64,000 nt of DNA from Malacoraja senta (GCA_038087875.1 CM075989.1:24740001-24804000); one strand, 5' to 3'; positions 1 through 12,879 are shown, counted from the first letter of the stretch. A program made the numbers and translations. Notes: generated from the letters alone by a model not told the origin.

Positions 1-168
1 AACCAGCGATCACACCCCATACACTAGCACTATCCTACACACAAGGGACAATTTACAATTTTTTTACCCAGTGTGTAGGATAGTGCTAGTGTACGGGGTG
101 TTTGTTGGTCGGCACGGACTCGGTGGGCCGAAGGGCTGGTTTCCGCGCTGTATCTCTAAAGTCTAAAG
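1..168. mobile_element. Two HE1/V-SINE 3' fragments in inverted orientation
   Basis: ACACTAGCACTATCCTACACAC (21-42) is the exact reverse complement of 71-92; the right part ends in the SINE/CR1-shared tail GGGCCGAAGGGC..TGTATCTCTAAA. Confidence 0.8.
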
Positions 169-477
169 ATCTCCTTTCATTCCAAGTATTTTCATTCATG
201 GTGCAAGCTGCATTTTTGTTTACAATATGCCTGGTTTTGGAGATGCACTGAGGTGCAAAGGGTTTTCATGGAATAAAGAATGAAAAAGTTTAAATAAGAA
301 GCTGTATATAAAAGGTATTATGAAAATATGATTGTATACAATTGTACTTACTTCTAATAAAATAAAAATATTAAAAAATAAAAAAAAGAATGAAAAAGTG
401 TTTCCACTGGTAGTGAGGCTGTACTACAACTGACTGGAAGTTGATGGGATAGTGGGTCACCTCATCTTTAAAAGAAT

Positions 478-992
478 TTAATTGAATAAATTTTATTAGC
501 CAAGTATGTACACATACAAGGAATTTGCCTTGGTGCTCTGCTCGCAAGTAGCAACATGATATACAATAGACAATTAAAAATAAAACATTATAATTTAAAC
601 ATGTGAAGAATAAAATAAAATACCAGAGCAAAAGGAGGCTACAGACTTTTGGTTATTGAGTAGAGCTACTGCTCGTGGATAAAAGCTGTTTTTATGTCTG
701 GCTGTGGCAGCTTTGACAGTCCGGAGTGGCCTTCCAGAGGGAAGTGATTCAAAGAGTTTGTGGCCAGGGTGAGAGGGTCAGAGATGATCTTACCCACTCG
801 CTTCCTGGCCCTTGCAGTGTACAGTTCGTCGTTGGGGGGAAGGTTGCAGCCAATAACCTTCTCCGCTGATCGAACGATGCGCTGCAGCCTCTGGGCTTGG
901 TGGCTGAGCCAAACCAGACCATGATGGAGAAGGTGAGGACAGACTCTACGATGGCAGTATAAAACTGGACCATCATTGCCTGTGGTAGAACA
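478..992 (-). mobile_element. Rex1/Babar-type LINE 3' fragment (frameshifted RT C-terminus plus 3' UTR)
   Basis: Overlapping frames give FYTAIVESVLTFSIMVWFG and RLQRIVRSAEKVIGCNLP, homologous to the ORFs at 28503 and 36604. Confidence 0.8.
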
Positions 993-994
993 AA

Positions 995-1106
995 ACCAAA
1001 CATCCTCTCCACATCCACTCAATCCTGGCCTTTCACTATTCGGTAAGTTTCAATGAGGTCTCCCCTCATCCTTCTAAACCAGTGAGTCCAGGCCCAGTGC
1101 CGTTCA
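995..1106 (-). mobile_element. CR1/HER1 LINE fragment
   Basis: Reverse complement matches the CR1 copy at about 54470-54570 (TTTAGAAGGATGAGGGGAGACCTCATTGAAAC). Confidence 0.7.
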
Positions 1107-1149
1107 GGAGAAAGTGGGGCTTAATTAGAGAGCACACTGAGGCAGTTGT

Positions 1150-1168
1150 CACACACACACACACACAC
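1150..1168. repeat. (CA)n microsatellite
   Basis: Direct reading. Confidence 0.9.
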
Positions 1169-2267
1169 TGAGCTAAGTGGCATCCTTGTAAGAGTTTATG
1201 ACTTTGAGTTACAGCAAACAAAGGTTTAAAAGACATTAAGTTCATTTCTTTTCTCAAGGGCTAATTTCAAACAGGCATTTATATGGAGCTGAAAAGGGGC
1301 TTCACCCTTCAAGACCATATCACCTTTCCACAGGTCATATTTCTGTCTTAACAAACCATGATTGACGATGAAAAGAGGGGAGCGTGGGGTAAAAGGATTC
1401 ATCTGCCCGGCAACGAGGCTGTAAAACGGGAGAACACTCTACAAAAAGTATGCCTCCATTATCTCTAATATCTCCCTGCAAACTCTCCATTCAGCACAGC
1501 TTAAATGACTATTGTAAATCACAGTGTCACTTTTCATCAATTGAAACCATCGGTTTGGTGCTCAGCAAGGTCCTTAATGAACATGCCACAACTCATTCCA
1601 TTCAAAATAATGTTCATTGCAAAGCTACATGAAACTTAATCTGTCTTCGACTAATGTTTCTACTGCAAAAAAAACTTTAATGGATTCAAACTCTCTTATA
1701 AAGCAGTTTCTCCTCTCATCCATTTTATTCCTTGTATTTAATGTCCTGAAGTTTGAACAGAGGCACAATATTATCCCTCCCTAAAACACAAAAGCTGAAA
1801 ATCACATTGCAATGCTGTACCGGTTCATGCTAGACAAAAGCAACAATTATTTCATGCTAACACTGAGATTAAACCACTTTCAGCGTATGCGAGTGGTATG
1901 CCATGATAGGATGAGACGACTTTATTTAAAGTGATCATATAAAGCGTGACCAATGATGCAGAACATTCAGAGAGACAGGGAAAGTGCTGGTGACTGGTAG
2001 TGATAAGAGATGTGTATTTTACAGGTTATGTAGGAGCCATGTCTAAATGTGCTCTTTCATCTCCTGCAGGAAGTAATGACAATATGTCACAGTTCAATAA
2101 AAACATTATCATATTTTGATTTTCAATTCATATCAAGAGAGAAGAGCAGTTTAATTGTCACCTGCACTGGGACCAGAGCAAGGGGATTCTTCCTGCTGCT
2201 TTTACAGCCTTTGTGGGGAGTTTCTCTCTACCTGACCTAATGTAACTGAAACCCCAGTTCTACAAAA

Positions 2268-2465
2268 TGGGCAACAAAGCAGTGCAGCAGGTAGAGCTGC
2301 TGTGTCACGGCTCCAGAGACCCAGGTTGGATCCTGACCTCCAGTGCTGTGTGTATGGCGTTTGCATCTATAGATCCTTATAGGAGCAGAATTAGGCCATT
2401 ATGCCCATCGAGTCTTCTCTGCCATCTGATCACGGCTGATCTATTTTTCCCTCTCAACCCCATTC
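2268..2465. mobile_element. HE1 SINE tRNA-like head (+) followed by CR1 3' tail (-)
   Basis: GGTAGAGCTGCTG..CCAGAGACCCAGGTTGGATCCTGAC head, then ATAGGAGCAGAATTAGGCCAT.. tail. Confidence 0.65.
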
Positions 2466-2644
2466 AACACTGACTACTGGAAGCATGCGGTTGAAGAGGG
2501 TCTTTATGTGTAGCATCATCTTCTGTGTTGTTGGATTGTGTCTGAAGGCACTCCTGTGAATAACCTCAGATTGATGTGAAGAGCACGGCAAAACATCACG
2601 TTAACTCCTGTTTGATGATATTGGGGTAAACCAGACTGGCATAT

Positions 2645-3215
2645 GGATTCTGGTTCTGGTGGATTACTACTCAAACACCTCATCAGTGGTTATCTCGCGC
2701 AGGTCGGAGTAGCGATTACATTTTGAAGTGGGCCTTTTTGACCAAGTTGAGATCTAGTTGCTCAATCCCCTTTTCAAATGACTTAACATCGGGAGCAGCG
2801 CGTGTGTTGGGTGGTAACATACTCCATTCCCTTATCGTCCTTGGGTAAAGGGAATATTGGCAGCAAAGTTGATTGAAATTCCGCGAGTTGGTGATCATGT
2901 AGGGACCGTTATTTTGTCTTGTTTCATGGCAGTTGGTGCTCTGGGATGACGAGAGATTTAATGCCGTGATTTTGTGAATCTCCTTGTAAATTGCAATAAG
3001 TCTTAGCCTGATTCTGCGGAGCTCTAGGGTATCCCATCCGAGAGAAGTCAGCATATTATTCACGCTTGATTTGCGTTTGTAGTAATTACATACAAAGCGG
3101 GCTGCTCGGCGTTGTACTTTCTCCAGGGTGATCTTGTTGTTGTTGTTGCAAGGATCCCATACGGCTCCACAATACTCCAATTTGGGCCTGACCAAGAACT
3201 TGTAGGCCTTTAGCT
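2645..3215 (-). mobile_element. Divergent CR1-group LINE, 5'-truncated, with an open C-terminal ORF (2716-3195)
   Basis: AYKFLVRPKLEYCGAVWDP..LEKVQRRAARFV..LGWDTLELRR..YSLYPRTIREW; short 3' UTR ending in (CCAGAA)n; clearly different from the dominant CR1 family here. Confidence 0.75.
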
Positions 3216-3937
3216 ACTAGGAGTCCAGTCCTTCCACTAGGCTACCAATGATTGCACACGTACTGGCAACTCCACAGACTCCTTGAAGAGGAGCAACTAC
3301 AATGCATGTCTGTAAAATTACCAGCTGATGTGATTGTGCAGAGTGCAAACCCCATGTTTTATTTCCTACATGACCACAATGATACACCTTCATAAGCACA
3401 TCACTCACTGCACTGGTTTAATACAATTTGAGGATGAGAAAGCCAGTAAAAAAGCACAGCTACTTTCTTTCCTCTTTAGTGTTAAACTTAACAGAGATAA
3501 TTTATCACCATGTGACAGAGATGGAGGTTGAATTGACAATGCACACAGCAAAGTGCTTGCTTTTGCTCGTGTCAATGTCTTGTGTGTAATTATGTTGCCG
3601 TTTCAGTGAAGACATGGGGCAGAGTCTGCCTTCTCAAAGTATTTTATGTGGAACCTAAACTAACTGAACATTATTGGCTCATTTATTGGAAAGGAACCAC
3701 AATTGAAGCGTTTACAAGCAGAGATCAGAAAAGGACGACCTTATTAAACAGAGGAGAAGTGAAAAAGGTCCTGTTCAAATTGAAGGCTTTTACTGGGAAA
3801 TCAGATGTCCAATATATGTACACGAAGTGCCCCTTACACACAGCAAGCTGTTTAATTTAATGAAGTGAATCAGTTTTACACCATCCCTGTCCAGGATTTG
3901 CAAACATGGATTTATGTGAATGTTGGCTTGTCCAGAT

Positions 3938-4035
3938 CAGTCGGAAGAAGGGTCTTGATCAGAAACATCACCCATTCCTTCTCTCCAGAGATGCTGCCTG
4001 TCCCGCTGAGTTACTCCAGCACTCTGTGTCTTTCT
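3938..4035 (+). mobile_element. Penelope pLTR-derived short repeat (degenerate hammerhead motif)
   Basis: GAAGAAGGGTCTTGATCAGAAACATCACCCATTCCTTCTCTCCAGAGATGCTGCCTGTCCCGCTGAGTTACTCCAGC. Confidence 0.75.
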
Positions 4036-4694
4036 AGTCTTTGATTTTTCCATGCTGTGAAAAAGGTTCTGACCACCTACCTTACCAATACCTGCCATAA
4101 TGTTATAAACTTCTATCACGTCTCCCCAATGAATTCAAATGTGCAGATGTTTCTGGTCTCCTTTGGTTGAATAATATTTGTATAGAAGAGTACTGAGGAA
4201 TTTCAGCAAGCACTTGCCTTATGTCAGGACCTCGTCCAGTGGGGATTTGAAGTGCTCTAGAGGCTTGCGTAAGGATAAGGAAACCTGCATCGCAGAGTCA
4301 ACAGAGAGAGAAAGGAGAGAACTGAACTGAGCAAAACCACAGTGATGAGAAAGCACTCAACAGACCTGGGTCTTTGGGGAAGATTCCACTGCAGGAATGC
4401 ACAGAGAGATTTACATAAAGGACAAGTGAAGCTTTGGCAGCAGTTCAAAGAAGATCATCAGGAATGGGAGACATTGTCAGATCCATGAAGAAAGGCAGGC
4501 TGTTGTCAACGAGAGACAATTGAGACAAGTTGTGGGCTGGAGAGGGGGTGGGGAGCTTCACAATGCAAGTGTTAAAACCACTGGTGGGCGGATTCCAGTC
4601 ATTTGACCTGAATACTATGAAGAGAATGATGGATTTTATTATCAAAACCTCTAAATAAATACAGCCTAAGGAGGTACTAGTTTCATATTTTACA

Positions 4695-4890
4695 CATTGG
4701 AGGCCAAGTCAGTGGATATTTTTAAGGTAGAGATAAATAGATTCTTGATTAGTACGGGTGTCAGAGTTATGAGGAGAAGGCAGCAGAATGGGGTTAGGAG
4801 GGAGAGATAGATCAGCCATGATTGAATGGTGGAGTAGACTTGATGGGCCGAATGGCCTAATTCTACTCCTATCACTTATGACCTTATGAC
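4695..4890 (+). mobile_element. CR1/HER1 3' end
   Basis: Near-identical to 40625-40812 and 54705-54890; (CTTATGAC)n tail. Confidence 0.8.
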
Positions 4891-4943
4891 CCTAAACTGC
4901 CATAAAGGCTACATCTCCCATTGACTTCAATTCCCACCCTTTG

Positions 4944-5160
4944 TAGGTAGACACAAAATGCTGGAGTAACTCAGCGGGACAGGCAGCATCCCTGGATAGA
5001 AGGAATGGGTGGCGTTTTGGGTCGAGTTCAGACTCTTTTAGTAAAGATGAGGAAGTGGGGACCTGGAAAACGGAAGGCAATGAAGAGACAAAGGTCATGT
5101 GAGGCTGAAGAGATGCTGCCTGACCCGCTGAGTTACTCCAGCTTTATGCGTCTATCTACT
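4944..5160. mobile_element. Inverted pair of Penelope pLTR-derived repeats
   Basis: Minus copy about 4944-5035, plus copy about 5108-5160. Confidence 0.7.
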
Positions 5161-6053
5161 GTGTAACATCTTCATAACCAGCTCAATCAATTAACCTGTT
5201 GACAGCCTCTCCATTTATTTGTGCTAAATTAATCTTCAGGACAATCTTTCAACTCAATCAAGCTAATCATTTATCTGCTGAACCAAATTTAAATAACATC
5301 CATATCTAATTTGCTGGTAGCAATATCTAGTAACTTTAGTGAGATTTGTGGATATGCTAGTTACCAAGATATGGTCTGAAGTTATAATTGCCTAAGCGTA
5401 AACTAACAGTGTGTAGGAAGGAACTGCAGATGCTGGTTTATACCAGACAGACACAAAATGCTGGAGTAACTCACTGGGTCAGGATGTGTAGAACTTTAGT
5501 TGGACCACGTCTTAGGATTCTGGTTACATGTTGCTCTCCAAAGCACACAGTAAAAGGTAAAAAAAATATATTTGTTAGAACCTTGTAGGAGCTGAAAGAC
5601 AGCGTTACCTGGGAAAGAACAAACAGTTTGAGAGTTCCTCTTTCAGAGTAGAGAAAGCAAGATGTGGAAATAGCTGCTGGACATCGGAAACATCGTGAAT
5701 GTGTTGGGCAAGATAGATGTGGGGAAGATGTTTCCACTTGTGGAGGTTCCAAAGCTGGGGGCAGAAATACAAGGCAGCCTCTAATAAATCCAGAGAAATA
5801 AAGAGAAATATCTTCATTGGAGCGGGGTTAGAATGTGAAACATGTTACCACAGGAAATGGTGGAGGAAAAATAGTTTAAATGCTTCCAAAAAGAGACTCG
5901 ACAACTACATCAGAGAAAAAGGAATATACTGTAAGGACATGTTTAAAAACTAAAATGTTGCAGATGTAATGAGAGGCTTGTGTTGTGTATAAACTCCAGT
6001 AAAGACTGTTTGGGCAACATGGAAGCCTTTATTTTTTATGTAAAGTGTGGCAT

Positions 6054-6250
6054 CTATGGAAAAAGAGGGGCTCTTTCTGCTTTGATATGACCGGTCCAGG
6101 AAAAATTGCTGGTGATATTTATTCCTGGGAATAAATGCCCAGGTTCCTTATTAAACCCAAATCTTTCAACCATCTCTACTTCAATGCCATCAATGTATAC
6201 TAGGGTATGTCTACCACTTTGCTTCCTGAAGTTGATCACTAGCTCCCTTA
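6054..6250 (-). mobile_element. Degraded Rex1-type RT fragment
   Basis: INFRKQSGRHTLVYIDGIEVEMVERF..GINITSNFSWT resembles VDFRKSRGGMHTPIHINGREVERV..GVNISDDLSWT in the 28503 ORF. Confidence 0.7.
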
Positions 6251-8546
6251 CCCTGTGTGAAATCTAGATGCTGCCTGACCTGCTGTGAACATTTCCAGCA
6301 TTTTCTGTTTTAAGCTGAATATAAAGTCTCATTCCATTTCAGCACAGGGTCACTTTGACCATGTGTATTCTGCTCAGCTGGTTTGCCTTTGGCCAATTGG
6401 ACTCAATGCTTCTGGAACTCGGTAAGGAAACAGGTCTTGAGTGAAGGAGGCACTGAAAGAAATGAACCATAGTCAATGAAAAAGTATTGGAGAAATGAAT
6501 GGAACAGTAACTGGCCCTGGAGTTGATGAGCTGCGTGCGAGGGTGTCCATACGTTCCTGTCATAGGAGCAGAATGAGGCCATTCGGCCCATCAATTCCAC
6601 TCCGCCATTCAATCATGACTGATCTATCTTTCTCTCTCAACCCCATCCTGCCTTCTCCCCGTAACCTTTGAAATGATGAGATGACTCCTGTTTCTGTTTG
6701 CTCTTAGTTTACCTGAATTAAAGTCAGATCTGTGTGCCGGTTCTCGTGTCAATGTATGAGCAGAGAGGCTCTCGTTCAACCTGCTTCTGATTTAGAGCCC
6801 CAGTCAAGAGTAGCAGCATTCACTCAGACAGACACAGTGATGTTCGCGACTACTGCTTTGTCCACATTGAACCAGAGGACTCCAGTGCTGAACTGGTTAA
6901 TGAAAATCAATTGATTAGTGGCTGGGGTGCTTGCCCGATGGATGGCATGTCAGTGGACAGTAAGGTCTCTCATCTCCTTCTGTGGCTCAGGGTTCAGGCC
7001 AGAAGGTTGCAGAGCAGTGAGAGCCTTGGTGCTTTGATGACCATTAATGAGTGGACAACCAGCCTTCTCACCACTGGCACTGTGGGAACCCTGCACAGGA
7101 GCCTTGCTGCATGGTGCCGAGTGCTCACCAGAGTTGCATCAATTAATGCATCACCTTTCTGATGACACCACTCCATACCGGTAACAACCCGATTCGGCTT
7201 CTGGCTGCTCATGGTCAACCTCATCCATTGTGAAATATCTCCTCAGCTTCCTTCCTTTAGAGTTGTAGAGACATAGAGGCAAACAGGCCCTTCAGCCCAA
7301 CTTGCCCTTGCCTACCAACATGCCCCCATCGACACTAGTCCCACCTGCCTGCGTTTGGACCACTTACGTGTACCCCTTTCCTATCCATGTACCTGTCTCA
7401 ATTACCTCCTCGGGCAGCAGGTTCCATATACTTACTACCCTTGATGTAGAGTTGTTTATTATTTTTAATATTAACCTATCTTGTCTAACTTTCTAAAGGT
7501 CCTTGCTGATGTCACCTCAGCCCACCCCAATGAAACGTTTTTACCCAACACAAGGAACGTCGAGCTACATTGGCCCAATCTCCCCTCCTTCAACCCACAT
7601 TCTTATCACTGTATTTCATTTCTATCCAGATGGTGTCTAAGGATTAATAAAAGATTCCAAAGTTTTATCCATAATGAAGATCAAACTCGCTGGTCTCCAT
7701 TTCCCTAGCTCACTTTCTCTACTATATAAAAAAAACAAGTTTAACATCTGCATTTGCCAGTCCCCAGCCTCCAGTGCTCACCCTCAGAGTTTTCTGGCAG
7801 ATTAATGCCCAGATTCCTGCAATTTCCACCCTTATTTCCTTACGGATCCTAAGATGCATCTTATCCGGCCCCTTTGATTTATTCACCTTAAGTTTGCACA
7901 GCTGTTTGGCACCACGCTGGTAGTAAAAAGAACTGTGTCACAATTTCCCCCTAAAACATTTTATAGTTCCCTTTCTCAATCAAATAAATGGAGCTGTTTC
8001 TTCTTTGGTTTAAAAAAACGAGGCCAAATGCTGGTTTAATTAAACTGGGCGTAAACGCTGGTTTGCACAGATGCCCAGATCACACTCGCAAAGGCCCACC
8101 AGCCACCTCATTATTATTTATCACTTACTATAACTCTTTGTCATTATCCTTCCCTTCTCTTGCACAAGTGTCGAGTGTGGCACGACGGTACAAGGTGAAC
8201 CAAAGAGAATGCTTTGTGTTTTTTCTGTGTTTTCTCAATCATCAGTAAACCCACTCGTGCTTTGCAGTGAGCTCGCCATAATAAAGCATCTTTATTGGCA
8301 AGTTAACATTCTTTGCTTTGGTCAATTTCCAACCAATTTAGAAAGACTCTGCTTGTCCGGTTAATGTCACGTTGGTCAACAAACGCAGTGAATTAAACCA
8401 ACCAAGGAACTTGATGTTCTGCAAAACTCTTCATGACCAGGGCTTCGCAACACCTAGAACTTATGCAGAACACTGGAAGAACTCAGTGGGACAAACAGTA
8501 CCTGGAGAGCCAAAAGGTATAGGTTATTGGGACTAGCTTAGAAGGG

Positions 8547-8818
8547 GTGTGTCGGAAGGAACTGCAGATGCTGGTTTAAACCGAAGATAGACGCAAAATG
8601 CTGGAGCAACTCAGCGAGACGGGCAGCATCTCAGGCAGACTGAATGAAGGTGTTCAGCGAAACGATCGCCCAGTCTACGTTTGGTCTCGCCGATGTATAT
8701 GAGTCCACATCTGGAACAATGGATACACTAGATGAGGTTGGTGGAGGTGCAAGTGAGCCTCTGCCTAACCTGAAAGGACTGTCGGGGTCCCTGGACAGAG
8801 TCGAGGGAGGAGGTAAAG
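8547..8818 (-). mobile_element. Penelope-like element fragment: GIY-YIG endonuclease pseudo-ORF (8633-8818) joined to the pLTR repeat (8547-8632)
   Basis: Manual translation of the minus strand: FTSSLDSVQGPRQSFQVRQRLTCTSTNLI*CIHCSRCGLIYIGETKRRLGDRFAEHLHSVCL, i.e. the PLE signature NLIYC..CxxC..YIGET.R...R..EH with one in-frame stop; this frame is absent from the ORF track. Confidence 0.9.
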
Positions 8819-9049
8819 AGTCTATCTTAGAAGGGGCATATTGGTGAGCATGGAAGAGTTGGGTGGAAAGGTCTATTTCAGTGTTGTGTTACTCTATGAC
8901 CTTATATATAACATTTTGTCAAGACCTGCATCTGGACAAAGAGGGGACAGGAAAGATTGCCAGTGTATATATACATTGTGGGAGGTGATGGGGGAACAGG
9001 GATGGCAAAGAGTCTGGTAGGTGACTGATGGAACCTCATGGCAAGTTTG

Positions 9050-9365
9050 GGTGGCATGGTAGTGCAGCCGTATTGCAGCGCCAGAGACCCAGGTTTGATC
9101 CTGACCACCAATGCTGTCTGTGTGGAGTTTGCACCTTCTCCGTGACCATGTGCGTTTTCTCCGGGTGCTCCGGTTTCCTCCCACATCCCAAAGATGTGCA
9201 GGTTTGAGGGTTAATTGACTTCTGTAAATTGCCCTTAGTATGTAGGATGCAATCGTGGGATAACATAAACTAGTTTACAGGTGATTGAAGGTTAGTCTGG
9301 ACTCAGTGAACAAAGGGCCTGTGTCCACACTGCATCTCTGAACTAAACTAAACTGAACTAAACTA
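9050..9365 (+). mobile_element. Near full-length HE1-type V-SINE
   Basis: tRNA-like head, V-domain TGTGTGGAGTTTGCACCTTCTCC..GGTTTCCTCCCACATCCCAAAGA, CR1-like tail and (CTAAA)n. Confidence 0.85.
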
Positions 9366-9586
9366 ATAGTTCCTGCTGTACAATTCAATGGCTGCAAATC
9401 GCTGCTTTCATAACTGCTGTCAGTTTGGTATTAGACATATAATGGCCAGTGATTCAGAAGTGGTCAGTTTCAGTAAGAAGGAAAGGGCTCAAGTTAAGGG
9501 CACAATAGTCCAGTTCCCATCCTGGACAAGTTATGGATTCTGTAATTGGACACAGAGGACTGTCATTTGTGCAAATGTGAACTGAT

Positions 9587-9820
9587 TCATAGAGTCAGAG
9601 TGGCACAGTGTGGAAACAGGCCCTTCGGCCCAACTTGCCCACACTGGCCAACATGTCCCAGCTACACGTGTCCCACCTGCCCACGTTTTGTCCATATCCC
9701 TCCAAACCTGTCCTATCCATGTACCTGTCAAACTGTTTCTTAAACATTGTGATATTCCCAGCCTCAACTACCTCCTCTGGCAGCTCGTTTCATATACCCG
9801 CCACCCTTTGTGTGAAAAAA
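9587..9820 (-). mobile_element. CR1/HER1 3' end
   Basis: Reverse complement matches 48970-49200. Confidence 0.8.
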
Positions 9821-11146
9821 ATTGTTGAGATCCAGTGTGGATTTTTTAAGCTTATTTCTCTCATGTCGAGTTGAATTTTTTGAATAGTAAATCCCTTAAG
9901 TTGCCTTTGGTTTTGTGGTTAACATCCCTTCAGCTATTCTTGGCATAATCCTTTTTATCAAATCCCTTTGCTCTTTCTACCTTCCAAGCTTTAATGCTAA
10001 CAAGACAAATTTCTCCAGTCTCGCTCCATGACTACATCCTCATCTCTGGAATTATTCCATTGAACCTTTTCTGTAATCTTGCCAAAGCCTTTACATCCTT
10101 TCTAAAATCAGTACACAGAGTCTGATCTGGTGCCAAACTAGTCCATCCCTCTATTTCGATTTAGCAACAAAAATATTACCTAGAACTCTATCAAAACCTT
10201 CTGAAAATCAATACATGCTACAAAATTCACATTTTATTTTTCCTCACAATGATTGTCCCTGGAGATGGGGGGGGGGGGGGGGTAGGTGGATGGGGATGGA
10301 AGGTGGGTTGCTAATGGTTTACTCCAGTCCACTGACCACTGGTCACTCTCCAGTGGTACAAGGTAGCCAGTCAGACTGAGCAACTCCACTGCTTGGACCT
10401 GTTCCTGCCTTGTCATCTATTTAACGTAAACAGAATATTCCTCATTCGTCGCAAGCACCACGACTCTTCAAGACGGCCGTTACCTAAAGACAGTGAGAGG
10501 TTCTCGTTAAAGGCTGATCCCGTGAATGTTCAGGTGGAGACTGACACTACACAAGCTGGGACGGGCTACATGCAGAATTGCCAATATCGATGGGATTAAA
10601 TAAAACGGTCGCTCCAATCATTCTCATCGTTTAGTGTTGTGCTGTACTTTGGAAACCATTCCACGTCATTGCAGGGGAGAGGCGATGAAGCTCCCCTCGG
10701 CTCCAGGTCTGGAATGGATCCTTGTTCAGCATGTCTAATTTTCTCACACTTGGTATCCCTGTTTCCAAGTTGCTGGAAATACTTGCTGCTGGCTCAGGGC
10801 CATTATGCAAGGGCGAGAACTGGTATCAAACAGTGACTGTTATTTAACAGAGGAAAACAGGAGTCGTTGCTGTTTGACTTTACTGGGGAACTATTCTGCA
10901 CACAATAATTAATACAGCCATATTGTAATGAGGCCAGAGGCAGTATTTTACAAACCTTTGAACGAGCCCTCTTCAACCACAGCTAGGATTGCTCTGGAGT
11001 TAACAATTAACTGGAGGAAATTCCAAGGAGAAGTTTCACCCTTTGTTTGACTTTTGATCATAATGATGACAGGCTAAAAGGAAAGGACAGAGTGCTGGAG
11101 TAACTCAGCGGGTCAGGCAGCATCTCTGGAGAACATGGATAGGTGA

Positions 11147-12290
11147 CATAGAAACATAGAAAATAGGTGCAGGAATAGGCCATTCGGCCCTTCGAGCCTG
11201 CACCGCCATTCAATATCATCATGGCTGATCATCCAACTCAGTATCCTGTACCTGCCTTATCTCCATACCCCCTGATACCTTTAGCCACAAGGGCCACATC
11301 TAACTCCCTCTTAAATATAGCCAATGAACTGGCCTCAACTACCTTCTGTGGCAGAGAATTCCAGAGATTCACCACTCTCTGTGTGAAAAATGTTTTTCTC
11401 ATCTCGGTCCTAAAAGATTTCCCCCTTATCCGTAAACTGTGACCCCTTGTTCTGGACTTCCCCAACATCGGGAACAATCTTCCTGCATCTAGCCTGTCCA
11501 ACTCCTTAAGAATTTTGTAAGTTTCTATAAGATCCCCCCTCAATCTTCTAAATTCTAGCGAGTACAAGCCAAGTCTATCCAGTCTTTCTTCATATGAAAG
11601 TCCTGACATCCCAGGAATCAGTCTGGTGAACCTTCTCTGTACTCCCTCTATGGCAAGAATGTCTTTCCTCAGATTAGGAGACCAAAACTGTACGCAATAC
11701 TCCAGGTGTGGTCTCACCAAGACCCTGTACAACTGCAGTAGAACCTCCCTGCTCCTATACTCAAATCCTTTTGCTATGAATGCTAACATACCATTCGCTT
11801 TCTTCACTGCCTGCTGCACCTGCATGCCTACTTTCAATGACTGGTGTACCATGACACCCAGGTCTCGTTGCATCTCCCCTTTTCCTAATTGGCCACCATT
11901 CAGATAATAGTCTACTTTCCTGTTTTTGCCACCAAAGTGGATAACCTCACATTTATCCACATTATACTGCATATGCCATGCATTTGCCCACTCACCCAGC
12001 CTATCCAAGTCACCTTGCAGCCTCCTAGCATCCTCCTCACAGCTAACACTACCCCCCAGCTTCGTGTCATCTGCAAACTTGGAGATGTTGCATTCAATTC
12101 CCTCGTCCAAATCATTAATATATATTGTAAATAGCTGGGGTCCCAGCACTGAGCCTTGCGGTACCCCACTAGTCACTGCCTGCCATTCTGAAAAGGACCC
12201 GTTTACTCCTACTCTTTGCTTCCTGTCTGCCAGCCAGTTCTCTATCCACATCAATACTGAACCCCCAATACCATGTGCTTTAAGTTTGTG
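11147..12290 (-). mobile_element. Young 5'-truncated CR1/HER1 LINE with an uninterrupted RT C-terminal ORF (about 350 codons, stop at 11238)
   Basis: GVPQGSVLGP, SKFADDTKL, LVRPHLEYCVQFW and FFTQRVVNLWNSLP with no stops; (TTTCTATG)n tail at 11147-11162. The N-terminus of the called ORF runs into the adjacent SINE and is not LINE. Confidence 0.95.
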
Positions 12291-12319
12291 TCGGGTTCCT
12301 TCTTCAGACTCTGATAGAC

Positions 12320-12572
12320 AGCACGGTGGCACCAGAGACCCAGGTTCAATCCTGACTACGGGTGCTGTTTTACAGGATTTGCAACTTCTTCCTGTGACCG
12401 CGTAGGTTTCCTCCACTTACTCTGATTTCCTCCCACATTCCAAAGATGTGCAGGTTTGTGGGTTAATTGGCACCTTGTGTCTCGCGTGTAGGATGGAGCT
12501 AGTGTACGGATGATCAATGGTCGGCGTAGACTCGGTGGGTTGATGAGCTTGTTCCTGCGCTGTATCTCTAAC
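12320..12572 (+). mobile_element. HE1 V-SINE
   Basis: Head, V-core and tail matches. Confidence 0.8.
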
Positions 12573-12879
12573 GTTAACTCAACACACAGAGTTAGTAATG
12601 TTGCCACACGCACACAGACACACACACACACACACATGCACGCACACACACACACGCAGGAGACTCGACATCTACTCATTCCCCAGTGAGCAATGCCAAG
12701 CCACTGGCCATGACTTATTTATGGGATCTTGCACAAGGCCCCATATATCTTGTAGACGGAGCTTTGTAAACCTTTGTTTATGATTCATTGGCATAACGGG
12801 AATTAAACGCATTAAACCGGTCATTCCCTGAGATTTCTATCTGAACACTGAGGTCGGATTCTGAAAGAGTAACAGGAGA

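Noticed and set aside
11238..12416. 392-aa ORF as a host gene
   Set aside because: 5'-truncated CR1 RT fused by chance to antisense SINE sequence
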